Assembly (NCBI RefSeq): GCF_001194135.2
Contig: NC_068981.1
Location: 53,672,929 to 53,734,689 of the forward strand
Reading direction: 5' to 3'
Source of the DNA: Octopus bimaculoides
Lineage: Eukaryota
DNA: 61,761 nt
Numbering within the stretch: position 1 is the first letter of the stretch; every line of letters starts with the position of its first letter. The notes beneath the pieces are model-generated. The model was given only the letters and a program-made list of their open reading frames with translations. It was not told the origin of the DNA and made no database searches. A program made the position numbers and the translations under genes. Shown in pieces: positions 50,521 through 61,761 of the stretch.

Positions 50521-51784
50521 CGGTAAGAGACACAAACACATTCTACATATTTCTTGACAGGGGAAGGTTTAAAGTTTATTTTAAGGTAGCATGCACTCAA
50601 CATGAGCACCATCTGTTGCTCGACAAACATCGAAACATTTTTCTGTGAAACTTTTATGCCATTCGTAAACTTGCTTGTGACAAAGTGGATTTCTATTGAA
50701 TTGGCGGCAAAATTCACATTGCACTTGCACAATCGATTCACATTTCTCAAACTGCAGCACACAAAAAGACTTTTCTTGTTGCATCTCCATTTTCTAAGGG
50801 ACTACACAAATGAAAATTATACAACTTTAAATAAAATGAACAAAATGAAACATCATTATCATCATCATCAGCATCATCATTTGACGCCTGCTTTCCATGC
50901 TAGCATGGGTTGGACGATTTCACTGAGGACTGGCAAGCCAGAAGACTGCACCTGGCTCCAATCTGATCTGGCAGAGTTTCTACAGCTGGATGTCTTTCCT
51001 AACGCCAACCACTCCGAGAGTGTAGTGGGTGCTTTTACGTGCCACCAGTATGAGGGCCAGTCACGCGGTACTGGCAACAGCCACGGTCAAAATGGTGCTT
51101 TTTACGTGTCACCTGCACGGGAGCCAATCCAGCAGCACTGGCAACGACCTTGCTCGAATGATTTTCTAATGTACCACCAGCACAAGTGCTAGAAGGCGAC
51201 ACTGGTAATGATTACGCTCAAATGGTGCTATTTATGGGCCACTAGCATGGAAGCCAGACAGCTGCTCTGGCAATGATCACGCTCGGATGGTGCTCTTAGC
51301 CCTCCACTGGCACAGGTTCCAGTCATCGAATTTGGTTCAATCACGATTTTGATTTCACTTGCCCCAACAGGCCTTCACAAGCAGAGTTTAGTGTCCAGAG
51401 AAGGAGAGGTTGGTATGGGTGCCAGTCATCAGGTTCGGTTCGATTACAATTTCAGATTTCAAATTTCAAATTCCAAATTCACTTTCCTCAACAGGTCTTC
51501 GCAAGCAAAGTTTTTAGTGTCCAATGAAGTAAAGATACGAATAAGTGAGCTGGCTACACTTCTGGCAGAGGTCACAGATTATGCTCTCACTTGCCTTGCA
51601 GGATCTTCGAAACATTAAAACATAATCAAAATATTATTTTATTTAAGGCCTAACTCAATTGATCATGTTCAGCTATAAACTTTAAACCTTCCCCTATTAA
51701 GAAATATGTAGAATATGTTTTTGTCTTTTACCGTTTGTTTTAAAAATAAATTTGAAATCTGCTCTTTCTTTTTGAATAACCCTG
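50521..51784 (-). mobile_element. internally deleted rosa-like Tc1/mariner element with long inverted ends, carrying an RTE insertion
   Basis: 50521-50579 is the inverse of about 51675-51732; terminus ..GAATAACCCTG|TA; N-terminus MEMQQEKSFCVLQFEKCESIVQVQCEFCRQFNRNP at 50790-50600. Confidence 0.8.
50854..51608 (-). mobile_element. RTE LINE 3' UTR with degenerate about 60-bp tandem units and (GAT)n tail; candidate TSD GAAACAT
   Basis: collinear with 59620-60350; GAAACAT at 50847-50853 and 51609-51615. Confidence 0.85.
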
Positions 51785-53399
51785 TATGTATATATATATA
51801 TATATATACACACATTATAATTATGTACATTTTCACCACAAACATTTGTCAAACTCATTAAGTGTTATTGTTGTACTAATGATCAAATTGTTGGTGATAT
51901 TGAGTAGTAGATGAGTGTAAATTACTTTTAAAGATCTCCTTATATTTCTGGTCCAATATAATTTGCTCTTCTAGCATCTTTACCAACAGGTAATGGCTTT
52001 AGCAGGCAAGTGTCGAAGTTGAAACCAATAATGGTATGGCATTTATTTGGTTAGTTTTGAGTTTGATTATGTATTTAATTATTTTAGCAATATCAGGTTG
52101 AAAAATAGGAAAAAGAAATGTGTTCATAAATTATTAGATTTTAATGTCTGTTGGATAGAATTTCAGGCTTAAAACTTCAGCCTATGTGGAAGCCATTTCC
52201 GTATCTTAATTAACCATGAAGCCAATAGATTTCTTTTTGCTGAATATATTTCAGGATTCTGTACATATGCTCTTGACTTCTCCTAAGTACCAAAGTTCTT
52301 TGATTCAATTTAATTTTATCTATTTGCATTTATTTTTTTATCTTTTTCATTTACAAAATAGTTTGGCAGGTGACCTCATGCTTTATTTTTGTTTTTGGTT
52401 TTGTTATCATGTTCTCTTTATTCTTATGGTTTTATATTTACAAAGTGACTAGAAGAGAACTATAAAGGAAGCAACATTTTACTCCAAAGGAGTATCAAAT
52501 AAGAAGCATGAATAAAAGATAGAATGTTCATCTCAGATAAAATTAAATGGTTACTTTTTACCATATCAAGAAGCACTTATATCTAAACATGAAAACTTAC
52601 TGTGAAGGCTTGGATTTTTTTTTTGGGGGGGGGGTTTAACAAAATGTCCAAAGCTCTGATAAAAGTGTTATCTCCAACAACAAATTTGCTGATATCATTG
52701 TCAGTAGCCGAGTGCTGGGTGATAGTGGTTCAGGAAATCACACTGTAGCAGAAGAATAGCATGTGAGATGTGAGGTGTGATGAAGTCTGATGTGATAACA
52801 GAATGTTGAGCCTCAAAAACTGAGAGAAGGTATAACAATCTAACTCATACCAACCAATATGGTAAAACAAATACTAAAACAGTAGTAATGGTGATGATGT
52901 GCAGGCAAATTTTATGCTCTAGCCCCAGATCAACCCTTGGATGAACAGAGCTAAAATCATGCATGACCATCTTATCCTTTTGTATATCTTGGACTATATT
53001 GTCTAATGTATTCTTTATTTTTTAAGACACCAGAGTTTGATTTGAGGAAAATTTGGCTGCTACTTCTAGCAAGTTAAGTAGTTGCATAGAGGCTGCTTTT
53101 TTTATTCATCTAAGTCCATTAAGACTCTGTTTTAGTTCTCATTTTAAATCTTAATACTTTTGTAATAGCAGGGCTAGATGATGTTTAAAATTCTTTTTGT
53201 TCTTGCTACTGAATCATCGTTTCCTTCAAATATCCTTTTATGAATATAGTAAATTTTAAAATATGAACTGCTTAACTTCATTCTTTTTCTTCTATTTACT
53301 TTTAACTCTTTAAAATCAGTTACAGTTTCCTCATAACATATCTTTATTCACTTATATCTACTCATATATCAAATACCCATATTTTGTGAATCTTTATTT

Positions 53400-53800
53400 A
53401 ATTCTCATTTCAGTTGTTTAGAGCTTATCTTAGACTTACTCCCCTCTTTTGACCTAGATATAACAGGAAAGGCCTCAGAAGTGAACTTTTATGATGCCTA
53501 CAGTATTCTAAATGCTTTTTTCTGAACTCATTGTTATCTGTCATCTTGTGGATAACTTCTCTATGCATATGTATGGCTCTCACAAGCCATTCATCTATAT
53601 CTACTTTTCTTGGCAACCTTCAAATTTCAGAGTGTGGGATCCTGTCAAAAGCCTTCTCTAGGTCAATTAATATTATGTATATTGCTTACCCTTAACTCTA
53701 AGAAATCCTTTTGTGGTTGTTTTACTAGAAAGATAGAGTACCAGTGGTATCTTGTCCTGGCACAAATCCAAGCTACTTTTACTGTAAGCTAATTCCTTTT
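53400..53800 (-). mobile_element. degraded RTE RT fragment
   Basis: FVPGQDTT, RKVDIDEWLVRAI motifs. Confidence 0.7.
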
Positions 53801-53867
53801 CTGAAAAAGTACTTTAACTGTTTCTGTTTCTTTCCTAACCTGCTCCTTAAGTGTAATCTCTGTACTA

Positions 53868-54944
53868 TCAAGTTGAGTAAAAAGTAAGCAATGTTTTGAA
53901 CCATGAAGAATTTGTACCGGATTTTTGCAGAGTTTTGAATTTTTTAAAAACATTTTTTGCAATTGTCTTATAATACAAACATAGACTTACTCAAATGCAT
54001 CAATAAATTAACATTGATATATTTTTCACCATTGTTACACTCACCTGAAATGGAACTGTCAAAGTGTGATATTCAAGCAATTTTGCTATTCAACTTCAAA
54101 AAAGGATGTAAAGCAGCTGAAACTGCTAGCAATATCAACAAAACGTTTTGTGAAGAAATGACCAGTGAGTGGTCAACTCGAAAATGGTTTAAACGATTTC
54201 GCAGTGGAGACCTGAGCCTTGAAGATCGTGATCATAGTGGACGCCCATCTGTCATCAATGACAGTTAATTAAAGAACGTAATTGAGAAAGATCCATGTAA
54301 ACCCACTTGAGAACTGGCAAAAGAACTTCAAGTTAGCCAGAAAATTTCCTGCAACCATTTGCATGTGATCAGAAAATCAAAAAAGCTCGACAAATGGGTA
54401 CTACACGATTTGAATGAAAATCAGAAAATGCGCAGATATGAAATTTGCTCGCCGCTTCTTCTCCATAAACAAACTGATCCATTTCTCAACCATATTGTAA
54501 CTTGCAATGAAAAGTGGATTCTGTACAATAATAAAAAAACTCCTAGACTGGTCAACAGAAGAGGGCCAATCATTCATGACATTGCTCGACCACACATTTC
54601 ACTAATTACGCTCCAGAAGTTGAGGGAACTTGACTACAAAGTTCTTCTCCTCCAAGCCTATTCCCCAGACCTTTCTCTTATCAACTACCACTTTTACAAG
54701 TACCTTGATGGTTTCCTGCAAGAGAAAGAGTTAAAATATCAGACCAATACTGAAAGTGCATTCAAAGAGTTCATCAGCTCCAGAGCTTCAAATTTTCATG
54801 TTACCAGAATAAACAAACTTGTAATTCGTTGGCAAAAATGTGTTGATTGCAATGGCACTTTGATGAATGAAATTTCTGCATTGTTGAAATATATTGTGAT
54901 GAATTTCATGTTTCAAAACGTTGCTTACTTTTTACTCAGCCTGA
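53868..54944 (+). mobile_element. defective Hsmar1-like mariner with TIRs and TA TSD
   Basis: TA|TCAAGTTGAGTAAAAAGTAAGCAATGTTTTGAA ... TTCAAAACGTTGCTTACTTTTTACTCAGCCTGA|TA; KWFKRFRSGDLSLED..SGRP, KWVLHDL, HIVTCNEKWI, YSPDLS; internal deletion and stop. Confidence 0.95.
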
Positions 54945-55909
54945 TAGTTTCTTTCTAGAGTCTCTTCTTTGCTCAAGTAGAAGTCAATGATACTGCTATA
55001 CCTGTCATTGGTTCTGAAACTTCCCTCTACTACCTGATTGACTATATGAGCAATTAGAATATACCTTACTTCACCAGATATTTTCAATAGCTTTTGTTTC
55101 TGCACAAATATTTATCTTACCAATCTATACAAATTCATGCACATACACGCATATACACACACATTATTCATATATATATATATAAATATATGAGTCTACA
55201 TATCGTGGTTGTAGGGTTGTTATTTTGTTCATACTTTCTCAATTCATTCTGAGTCCCTAATATAGTTACAGCCTTTTTTTTTATTTGTCTTAATGTCAGG
55301 TCAAGTGAGTGCATTGGTATCCTTTCCTTGTATTTACAACAGCATTCATATATTCTTTCTGCTACCTTACAGCTCTTACTTCTATATAAGTTGTGATAGT
55401 CTTCTTGCATTTACCTTTTAAGTGTCTCAAATGGTATGCAGTGTTTCTAGTTTTACAGTATTTTTGGATTCATTTGCCATCTATGCAATTGTTGTTGCCA
55501 CAGGTGGCCTTTAGATGGGTAGGTTTTAACTGATTTAATGGATCTCTCTTGTTTTATAATTGCTTTAAAATTTCTTTTCGTTTATAAACTAGTTCATTTT
55601 TGGAAGTAGTATCAACATACATTACTTCTTGAAGTTGTTATTCCGTAATTCCGTTTTGCCTACTTTCTTACTTATTCTTTTTAATCTATCCCATGACTTT
55701 ACTTTATTTGCATTATTTATTATGATGTTTTCTAATTCTTTCCTAGCTATTTTTGTACACCCTAAAATTTGGTATTTAGATATTTATTTTTCTGTTTTGT
55801 GATAAAGCAGAGATCCAGTGGACTAAATGTTTGTTGACCATGGGTTTCATAAAATGTAAATGGAGGAGCTGTAGTTCCTAATGTATTGTTGCTAGCCAGA
55901 AACATTACA

Positions 55910-55957
<48 letters not shown>

Positions 55958-58623
55958 CCATAATTAAGTATTCCTTATTTGTAAATGGCATACACTGTAT
56001 AGTTAAAACAACCTTGCAAAACCATATCAAAAAAAGAGCACCTTGGAGAGCATCCAGCATATAGCTAACTTCATTCACCAGAGAATCAAATTCACAGTAG
56101 ACTATTCACCAAAACACCCCAGCAATAGTTGGCTCATCTTAGACACATGAACTGCAAATAATACAAAAAACAAAACTAGCTATAATGTCATAATCACCAT
56201 TGAAGAGGATAGTCTGCAAAAGAGATTTAGGAAAAAGAAGCCATTTTGGAGCTGCAGCACTCATTGCCTTACCTGAGAATATTAGAAGCACACACTTGCG
56301 AATGAAAACAGTGTTCTGTATTTAGTTCAGTGGGAACCTAGTTTTTGCCTGTATTGTTACTGGACAACATAATTTAATGTGTCAACAAATTCCTTAATAT
56401 GTTGCTTCACTAATTATGTGGCAAGAAATACAAAAATATTTATTAATTAGTCTGATAGTAGAGCTGTGAAAATCAAGACACTGGGTGAGACCAATTTAGT
56501 TAATATTTAATGTCAGTTGTTGAATGTTGGCATGAACATATGGAACTGAAGATGATTTTTGTACAAAGTGGACTCCTTTTTTATAAAGATGTTATCATCA
56601 GAATATTCCAGAATATTCATTACAAAATAAGCTTTGCAGAACTTGCCAGTTCCTATCTCTAACTCTAATAACCCATAACAGCTGACTGGTGCATGCATGA
56701 ACTTTATATTGCTGCCAAGACCAAAGAGTCAGAAAAAAAAGCTAAGCTGAGTAATAATGAAGAGGAAATATATGCAGGGAGAGAGTCCAAAAGAAGAAGG
56801 ATTAAGCCATACTTATTTGCTAAAAGGTTTGGGAAATGAGGAATAAAATAAGCTTTTGGATGGAAGATAGGTGAATGCATCTAATGAATTGAGGATAATA
56901 TTAAAATAGCAAATTCAGAAAAGCCAATGCTATCACAGATACAATCTGTAAAAGATAAGAAATAGCTTGGTGGAGAAGTAACAGATATAATTGTTTGTGA
57001 CCAAATTTCCTGGCAATGTAAACATAATGTAGATATTTTCTTGAGTATATTCTAGTATTATTGTGAGTGTAGTGGAACCCTTGAGAACTATTTCAATCCC
57101 ACTCTATGATGCCATAGGCAAGCCCCGAGCTGACCAAAACCTTGTGATTGAATTTGGTAGATAGAAATCAAAAGAAGCTTGTTGTATGTGTGTGTGTGTG
57201 CTTGCATGCATGTCTGTCTTTTACATTCGCAGTTCTTCGAAAATTGCTTAGTTACAAGTGATGTAATTTTTTTTTTATCAACAAATCATCCATTGGCTTT
57301 GCACCTTCAAAGACAAACTTTGAAGGTGAAAAACTTGTAAAACAGGTATAGGTCAGTGACAGAAAGGGCATCAGGCTGTAAGACAATGTCACAGTCGCAA
57401 TATTCACCTAATCCATGCAAGTATGGAAAAACAGATGTAAAAACAAATGAAGAAGCATAGGAATTGCATTGCTATCCACATCATCACCATCATCATCATT
57501 TTTATGTTAATTATAATCATTCCTGATTCTAATAATGATTATGTGAAATGAAATTTATTTTATTTTTTGTATTTATTCAGCTATTCTAAAATTTATACTT
57601 TCTTTGTATTTAATAATTTAATATTTTTTTATTTTTTTGTTTTACCAAATAACTTACATAGTTTCTGTATTTCCAACTTGGATTTTCTTACCTAATGAGT
57701 TGTTCAAAAGTTGCTATACATGTCTACTGTTGCCCAGAGCCACTTTTGGCACTCTAATATGCAAGAGTTACTACTTGGTTGCCTTTAATTTAATTTTGCA
57801 GTAATATTTCTTTCAGTAGGTTGGGAATTTGTGCTAATAATTCTGGCTCTAATGGGCAGCAATCTCAGCCTCTCTCTGCTTCAGCTCCATTTTCATCTAA
57901 TCTAGTACCAACGTTTTGCTTCTGGCCAGCTTCTCTCATGCTATACTTAGTTGTCAAAAAAAAAAAAAAAAGATTAAAAAAATGAAAAGGATAGAAAATG
58001 TAATGTTTGATCAAGGTACTTAAGTTTCTGACACAGAACCCTTTAGGCCAATTCTAATATATGTTTATTATTTTTTTTTTCATTTCATTTTTGCCCTCCT
58101 CATAGCTAACTTGCAAAAAAAAACCCAAATTAGCTGTATTACCTTCTTTAAGACTCTCTTCCACTCTTATCATTTGTTTATACATGAATAATCACACTTA
58201 TCAGCCATCTCCCACCTTATATCTCTCCATGCCTCCTATATATCTATTTCATCATTACTAAGATACATTCCCATATTAACTCTTGAAGTTTGATACTGCC
58301 CTCAACTTTTTTTTAGCTTCACTTCCTTGCTATTTCCACATGCACTGCTTTTAATGATTACTACTATTCACAATCATTATCTTATTGAAAGTTGCATCAT
58401 TAATAATGTTCAATCCTCAGCTTACAGTCTACTCACACTCCACACCTAACATTTATTGTATGAGATGCTGTTTCCAAGTCACATTTACTGCAGAATCCTA
58501 ATTTCTGTCAGCTCCTTATATACATAGGTTTCTTCCTAAAATTGTAAGTCATTAACTCTCTCTCTCTCTTTCTCTAACCTTCTCATGCTTCATATATTGT
58601 GTTATGACTCTTTCCATGACTGT

Positions 58624-58659
<36 letters not shown>

Positions 58660-59039
58660 AACCTCCCTATTATTCAGGCACACATGCAGTGTTTTTTTTT
58701 CTCTCTCTTTCTCCTATTTATCTACTTTTTACTATTCATTCTCTACCAACCTAGCATGTTGCCATCGTTTTTCTACATTCTCTGTGAAATACATTAAACT
58801 ATTTTTTCTTTTCATTATCAACTAAAGAAATATACTCCTCAAATCAGTAAGAAGGCAACTTAAAACAAGGAGAGTAACAACTGTAAATTAGAATCCTTGC
58901 ACCTAGCATAAAGGAGGGTCTTAAAAGATAATTTTCATGTATTGCTGTTAACACCATTAATGGTAGTTGTAACATTGAACATTCTGAAGTTTTATAAAAT
59001 ACATATTGAACACTTTGCCCAGCAAAAAATATAAAGATA

Positions 59040-59207
59040 GGTAAAGGTGTGGCTGTGTGCTAAGAAGCTTGCCTCTCAACCATATGGTTCTGAGTTCAGT
59101 CCCACAGAGTGGCACTTTGGGCAAGTGTCTTCTACTATAGCCTCGGGCCAACCAAAGCCTTGTAAGGGGATTTGGTAGACAGAAACTGAAAGAAACCCGT
59201 CATCATG

Positions 59208-59240
<33 letters not shown>
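59040..59240 (+). mobile_element. SINE family B head/body ending in (TA)n
   Basis: ggtgtggctgtgtgctaagaagcttgcc (A box), ctgagttcagtccc (B box). Confidence 0.82.
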
Positions 59241-59246
<6 letters not shown>

Positions 59247-59338
59247 AATAATAATATAGGGTAAAATTAATTAATTAATAATTAATAATTTTACCAAGTT
59301 GTCAGTATGTTAAAAAAACCTTTTTATGTGAACTATAC

Positions 59339-59608
59339 AAAATATTCTATAATTATATACATAATTATAATCAGGGGTCAGCTAAGTACCTTGCCACGTA
59401 CTGAATTAGAAATAGACGCTAATGTCTTTTCAACTACCATAAAAATCTCTGAGACAATAGCACACATTTTTATGTAGGTAAGTGTGTTATTGTCTCGGAG
59501 ATTTTTATGGTAGTTGAAAAGACATTAGCGTCTATTTCTAATTCAATACGTGGCGAGGCACTTAGCTGAACCCTGATTATAATTATGTATATAATTATAA
59601 AATATTTT
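59339..59608. repeat. foldback with 127-bp arms (59339-59465 / 59482-59608) and 16-nt loop
   Basis: arms are reverse complements with about 7 substitutions and no indels. Confidence 0.96.
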
Positions 59609-59619
59609 AGATATATATG

Positions 59620-60700
59620 TATCATCATCATCATCATTTAACTCTCACTTTCCATGCTAGCATGGGTTGGACGATTTGACTGGGGACTGGCGAACCAGGT
59701 GGCTACACCAGATTCCAATCTGATCTGGCAGAGTTTCTACAGCTGGATGCCCTTCCTAATGCCAACCACTCCAAGAATGTAGTGGGTGCTTTTTACGTGC
59801 CACCGGCACGAGGGCCAGTCTGGCAGTACTGGCAGTGGCCACACTCAAATGGTGTTTTTTACATGCCACCTGCACAGGAGTCAGTCCAATGTTTTTGTTC
59901 ACATGCCACCAGCACAAGTGCCAGTAAGGCGAAGCTGGAAACAATCGCGCTCAAATGTTGCTTGTTACGTGACACCAACACGGAAGTGAGACCGCTGCTC
60001 TGGCAGTGATCCCGCTTGGTTGGTGCTGTTAGCGCTCCACTGGCATGGGTGCCAGTCATCAAGTTTGGTTCAGTTTCGATCTCACTTGCCCCAACAGGTC
60101 TTCACAAGCTGAGTTTAGTGTCCAATGAAGGAAGGTTGGCATGGGTGCCTGTCATTGAATTTGGTTCAATTTCGATTTCGATTTCACTTGCCTCAACAGG
60201 TCTTCACAAGCAGGGTTTTGTGTCCAAAGAAGGAAAGGTACACATAAGTGGGCTGGCTACACCCCTGGTGAAGGCCACGGGTTATGGTCTCACTTGTCTT
60301 GTCGGGTCTACTCACACACTGCATATTTCCAAGGTCTCAGTCACTAGTCATTGCCTCGGTGAGGCCTAATGTTCAAAGGTTGTGCTTCACCACCTCATCC
60401 CAGGTCTCCCTGGGTCTACCTCTTCCACAGGTACCCTCAACCGCTAGGCTGTGGCACTTTTTCACACAGCTATCCTCATCCATTCTCACCAAATGACCAT
60501 ACCAGCGCAATCGTCTCTCTTGCATACCACAACTGATGCTTCTTAGGTCCAACTTTTCTCTCAAGGTACTTACACTCTGTCGAGTATGCTCACTGACATT
60601 ACACATCCATCGTTGCATACTGACTTCATTTCTTGTGAGCTTACGCATGTCCTCAGCAGTCACGGCCCATGTTTCACTGCCATGTAGCATAGCTGTTCGA
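59620..60700 (-). mobile_element. 5'-truncated RTE LINE: RT C-terminus (60373-60690), 3' UTR with tandem units, (GAT)n tail
   Basis: MLHGSETWA..ERRLRWYGHLVRMDEDSCVKK..GRGRPRETW. Confidence 0.93.
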
Positions 60701-61458
60701 CTGTGTGTGTATGTTTCATTTCAGTCTCTGTGTGGCACTTTGAGCAAGTGTTTTCTATTTTAGCCACAGGTTAATCAATATTCTCCATGTAAATTTGGTA
60801 GACAAAACCTCTCTCGCACTTAATCAATGAATGAAGAAATGCTTATTCATCCAAGAACTAATGGCTCTAAATAGTACCAGGGTCAAGGCTAGGAGGTCAT
60901 TTTGCATATTCTCTTGAAGGGATGATGAAAAAGAGAAATAGAAGTTGCCAGATGTTATAAATCTGCACGACCAGACTGTTGTGTCATTTGTGTCATTAAC
61001 AATGTAAATTAATGTACAAATTAAAAAAACAACAAAAAAAACCCTATCAAGAAACCTCTGATGCTTATGAGTAATTCAAATTCAATGTTTTCTTGAAACA
61101 ATATATTTCTATATAGATTAGGATTTAAATTCCAATCTATGAAAAGTTTCCGTTGTGCAATATTCTTTAAGGAACCAAAAATTAGCCAGCAACTCGGGCT
61201 TATACGAATGAGCCTGGTAACTGTTAAAGACTAACTGGTATCTCTTGTCAAGAGTACAAGAGACAGCGATACCGCTAATGTTTGTTGTGCACTTTGCTGT
61301 CGTTATTTGATTGCTGTTATTCTATGTGTTACCCTTATCTTAAAATTGGAGAAAGACTTAGTGCTAGATATGAAAAATAAACCATTTAAGGTTAGAAATA
61401 TTGCAGAAAAATGTGAAATTCTTCAGGCAAACATGTGTCTTATGCAATATTGCCTCTG

Positions 61459-61761
61459 ACATGAAATGTTTCGGGCGGGATCGTTGCCAGTGCCCATAGA
61501 CTGGCTCATGTGCGGGAGACACATGAAATCTTTCGAGCGGGATCGATGCCAGGGCCCCTGGACTGGCTCATGTGCGGGCGACACATGATATCTTTCGAGC
61601 GAGATCGCTGCCGGTGCCTCTGGGCCGGCTTGCGGGTGACACATGAGGTTTTTCGAGCGAGGTCGTTGCCGGTGCCCCCGGACTGGCTCATGTGCGGGCG
61701 ACACATGAAATCTTTTGAGCGAGATCGTTGCCAGTGCCCCTGGACTGGCTCTTGTGCGGGT
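61459..61761. repeat. CpG-rich 62-bp minisatellite, about 5 copies, runs off the window end
   Basis: ACATGA unit starts at 61459, 61521, 61583, 61641 (one 58-bp unit), 61703. Confidence 0.93.

Noticed and set aside
55690-55715. HDFTLF resembling the missing NLE1 SDDFTLFLW exon
   Set aside because: No flanking similarity, no splice acceptor, AT-rich context
56040-56330. Minus-strand splice-like signals (CAG|GTAAGG, ttttgcAG) and a short peptide-like frame
   Set aside because: Frames contain stops and I recognise no product; probably a decayed transposase or chance
14327-58797. Many short ORFs rich in HT, CV, YI, S or D runs
   Set aside because: Translations of (CA)n, (TA)n and (CAT)n microsatellites and SINE/LINE UTRs
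11425-59110. tRNA genes
   Set aside because: A/B-box heads continue into shared SINE bodies and I could not fold a complete cloverleaf; called SINEs
61423-61761. Repeat array as CRISPR or a repeat protein gene
   Set aside because: Units are contiguous with no unique spacers, the context is eukaryotic with no cas genes, and the 62-bp period shifts frame

Overview
AT-rich, repeat-dense eukaryotic genomic DNA. The SINE/LINE repertoire and intron style suggest a coleoid cephalopod, probably Octopus (inference). The only host gene I can support is a + strand Notchless homolog (NLE1/Rsa4, a WD40 60S-biogenesis factor). It has nine GT-AG exons between 963 and 29566 that splice in frame to about 328 codons. 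The start exon lies upstream of the window, and I could not find the C-terminal WD repeats in the remaining 32 kb. The rest is intronic: RTE-clade LINE fragments with many 5'-truncated (GAT)n-tailed 3' ends, CR1/L2-like and R4-like LINE remnants, several tRNA-derived SINE families, DD34D mariner and DD41D rosa-type relics, TTAA piggyBac-type MITEs, micro/minisatellites and three N gaps. Most notable observations: (1) several NLE1 codons differ from recalled conserved orthologue residues by A-for-G changes, making them candidate restorative A-to-I recoding sites; (2) at least five long foldback/inverted-repeat structures, some embedded in (TA)n; (3) a CpG-rich 62-bp minisatellite that matches the tandem unit inside the RTE 3' UTR; (4) SINEs stacked in each other's (AAT)n tails. 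Repeat boundaries were read by eye and are approximate unless a TSD or TIR is quoted. Orthologue comparisons are from memory and need alignment.
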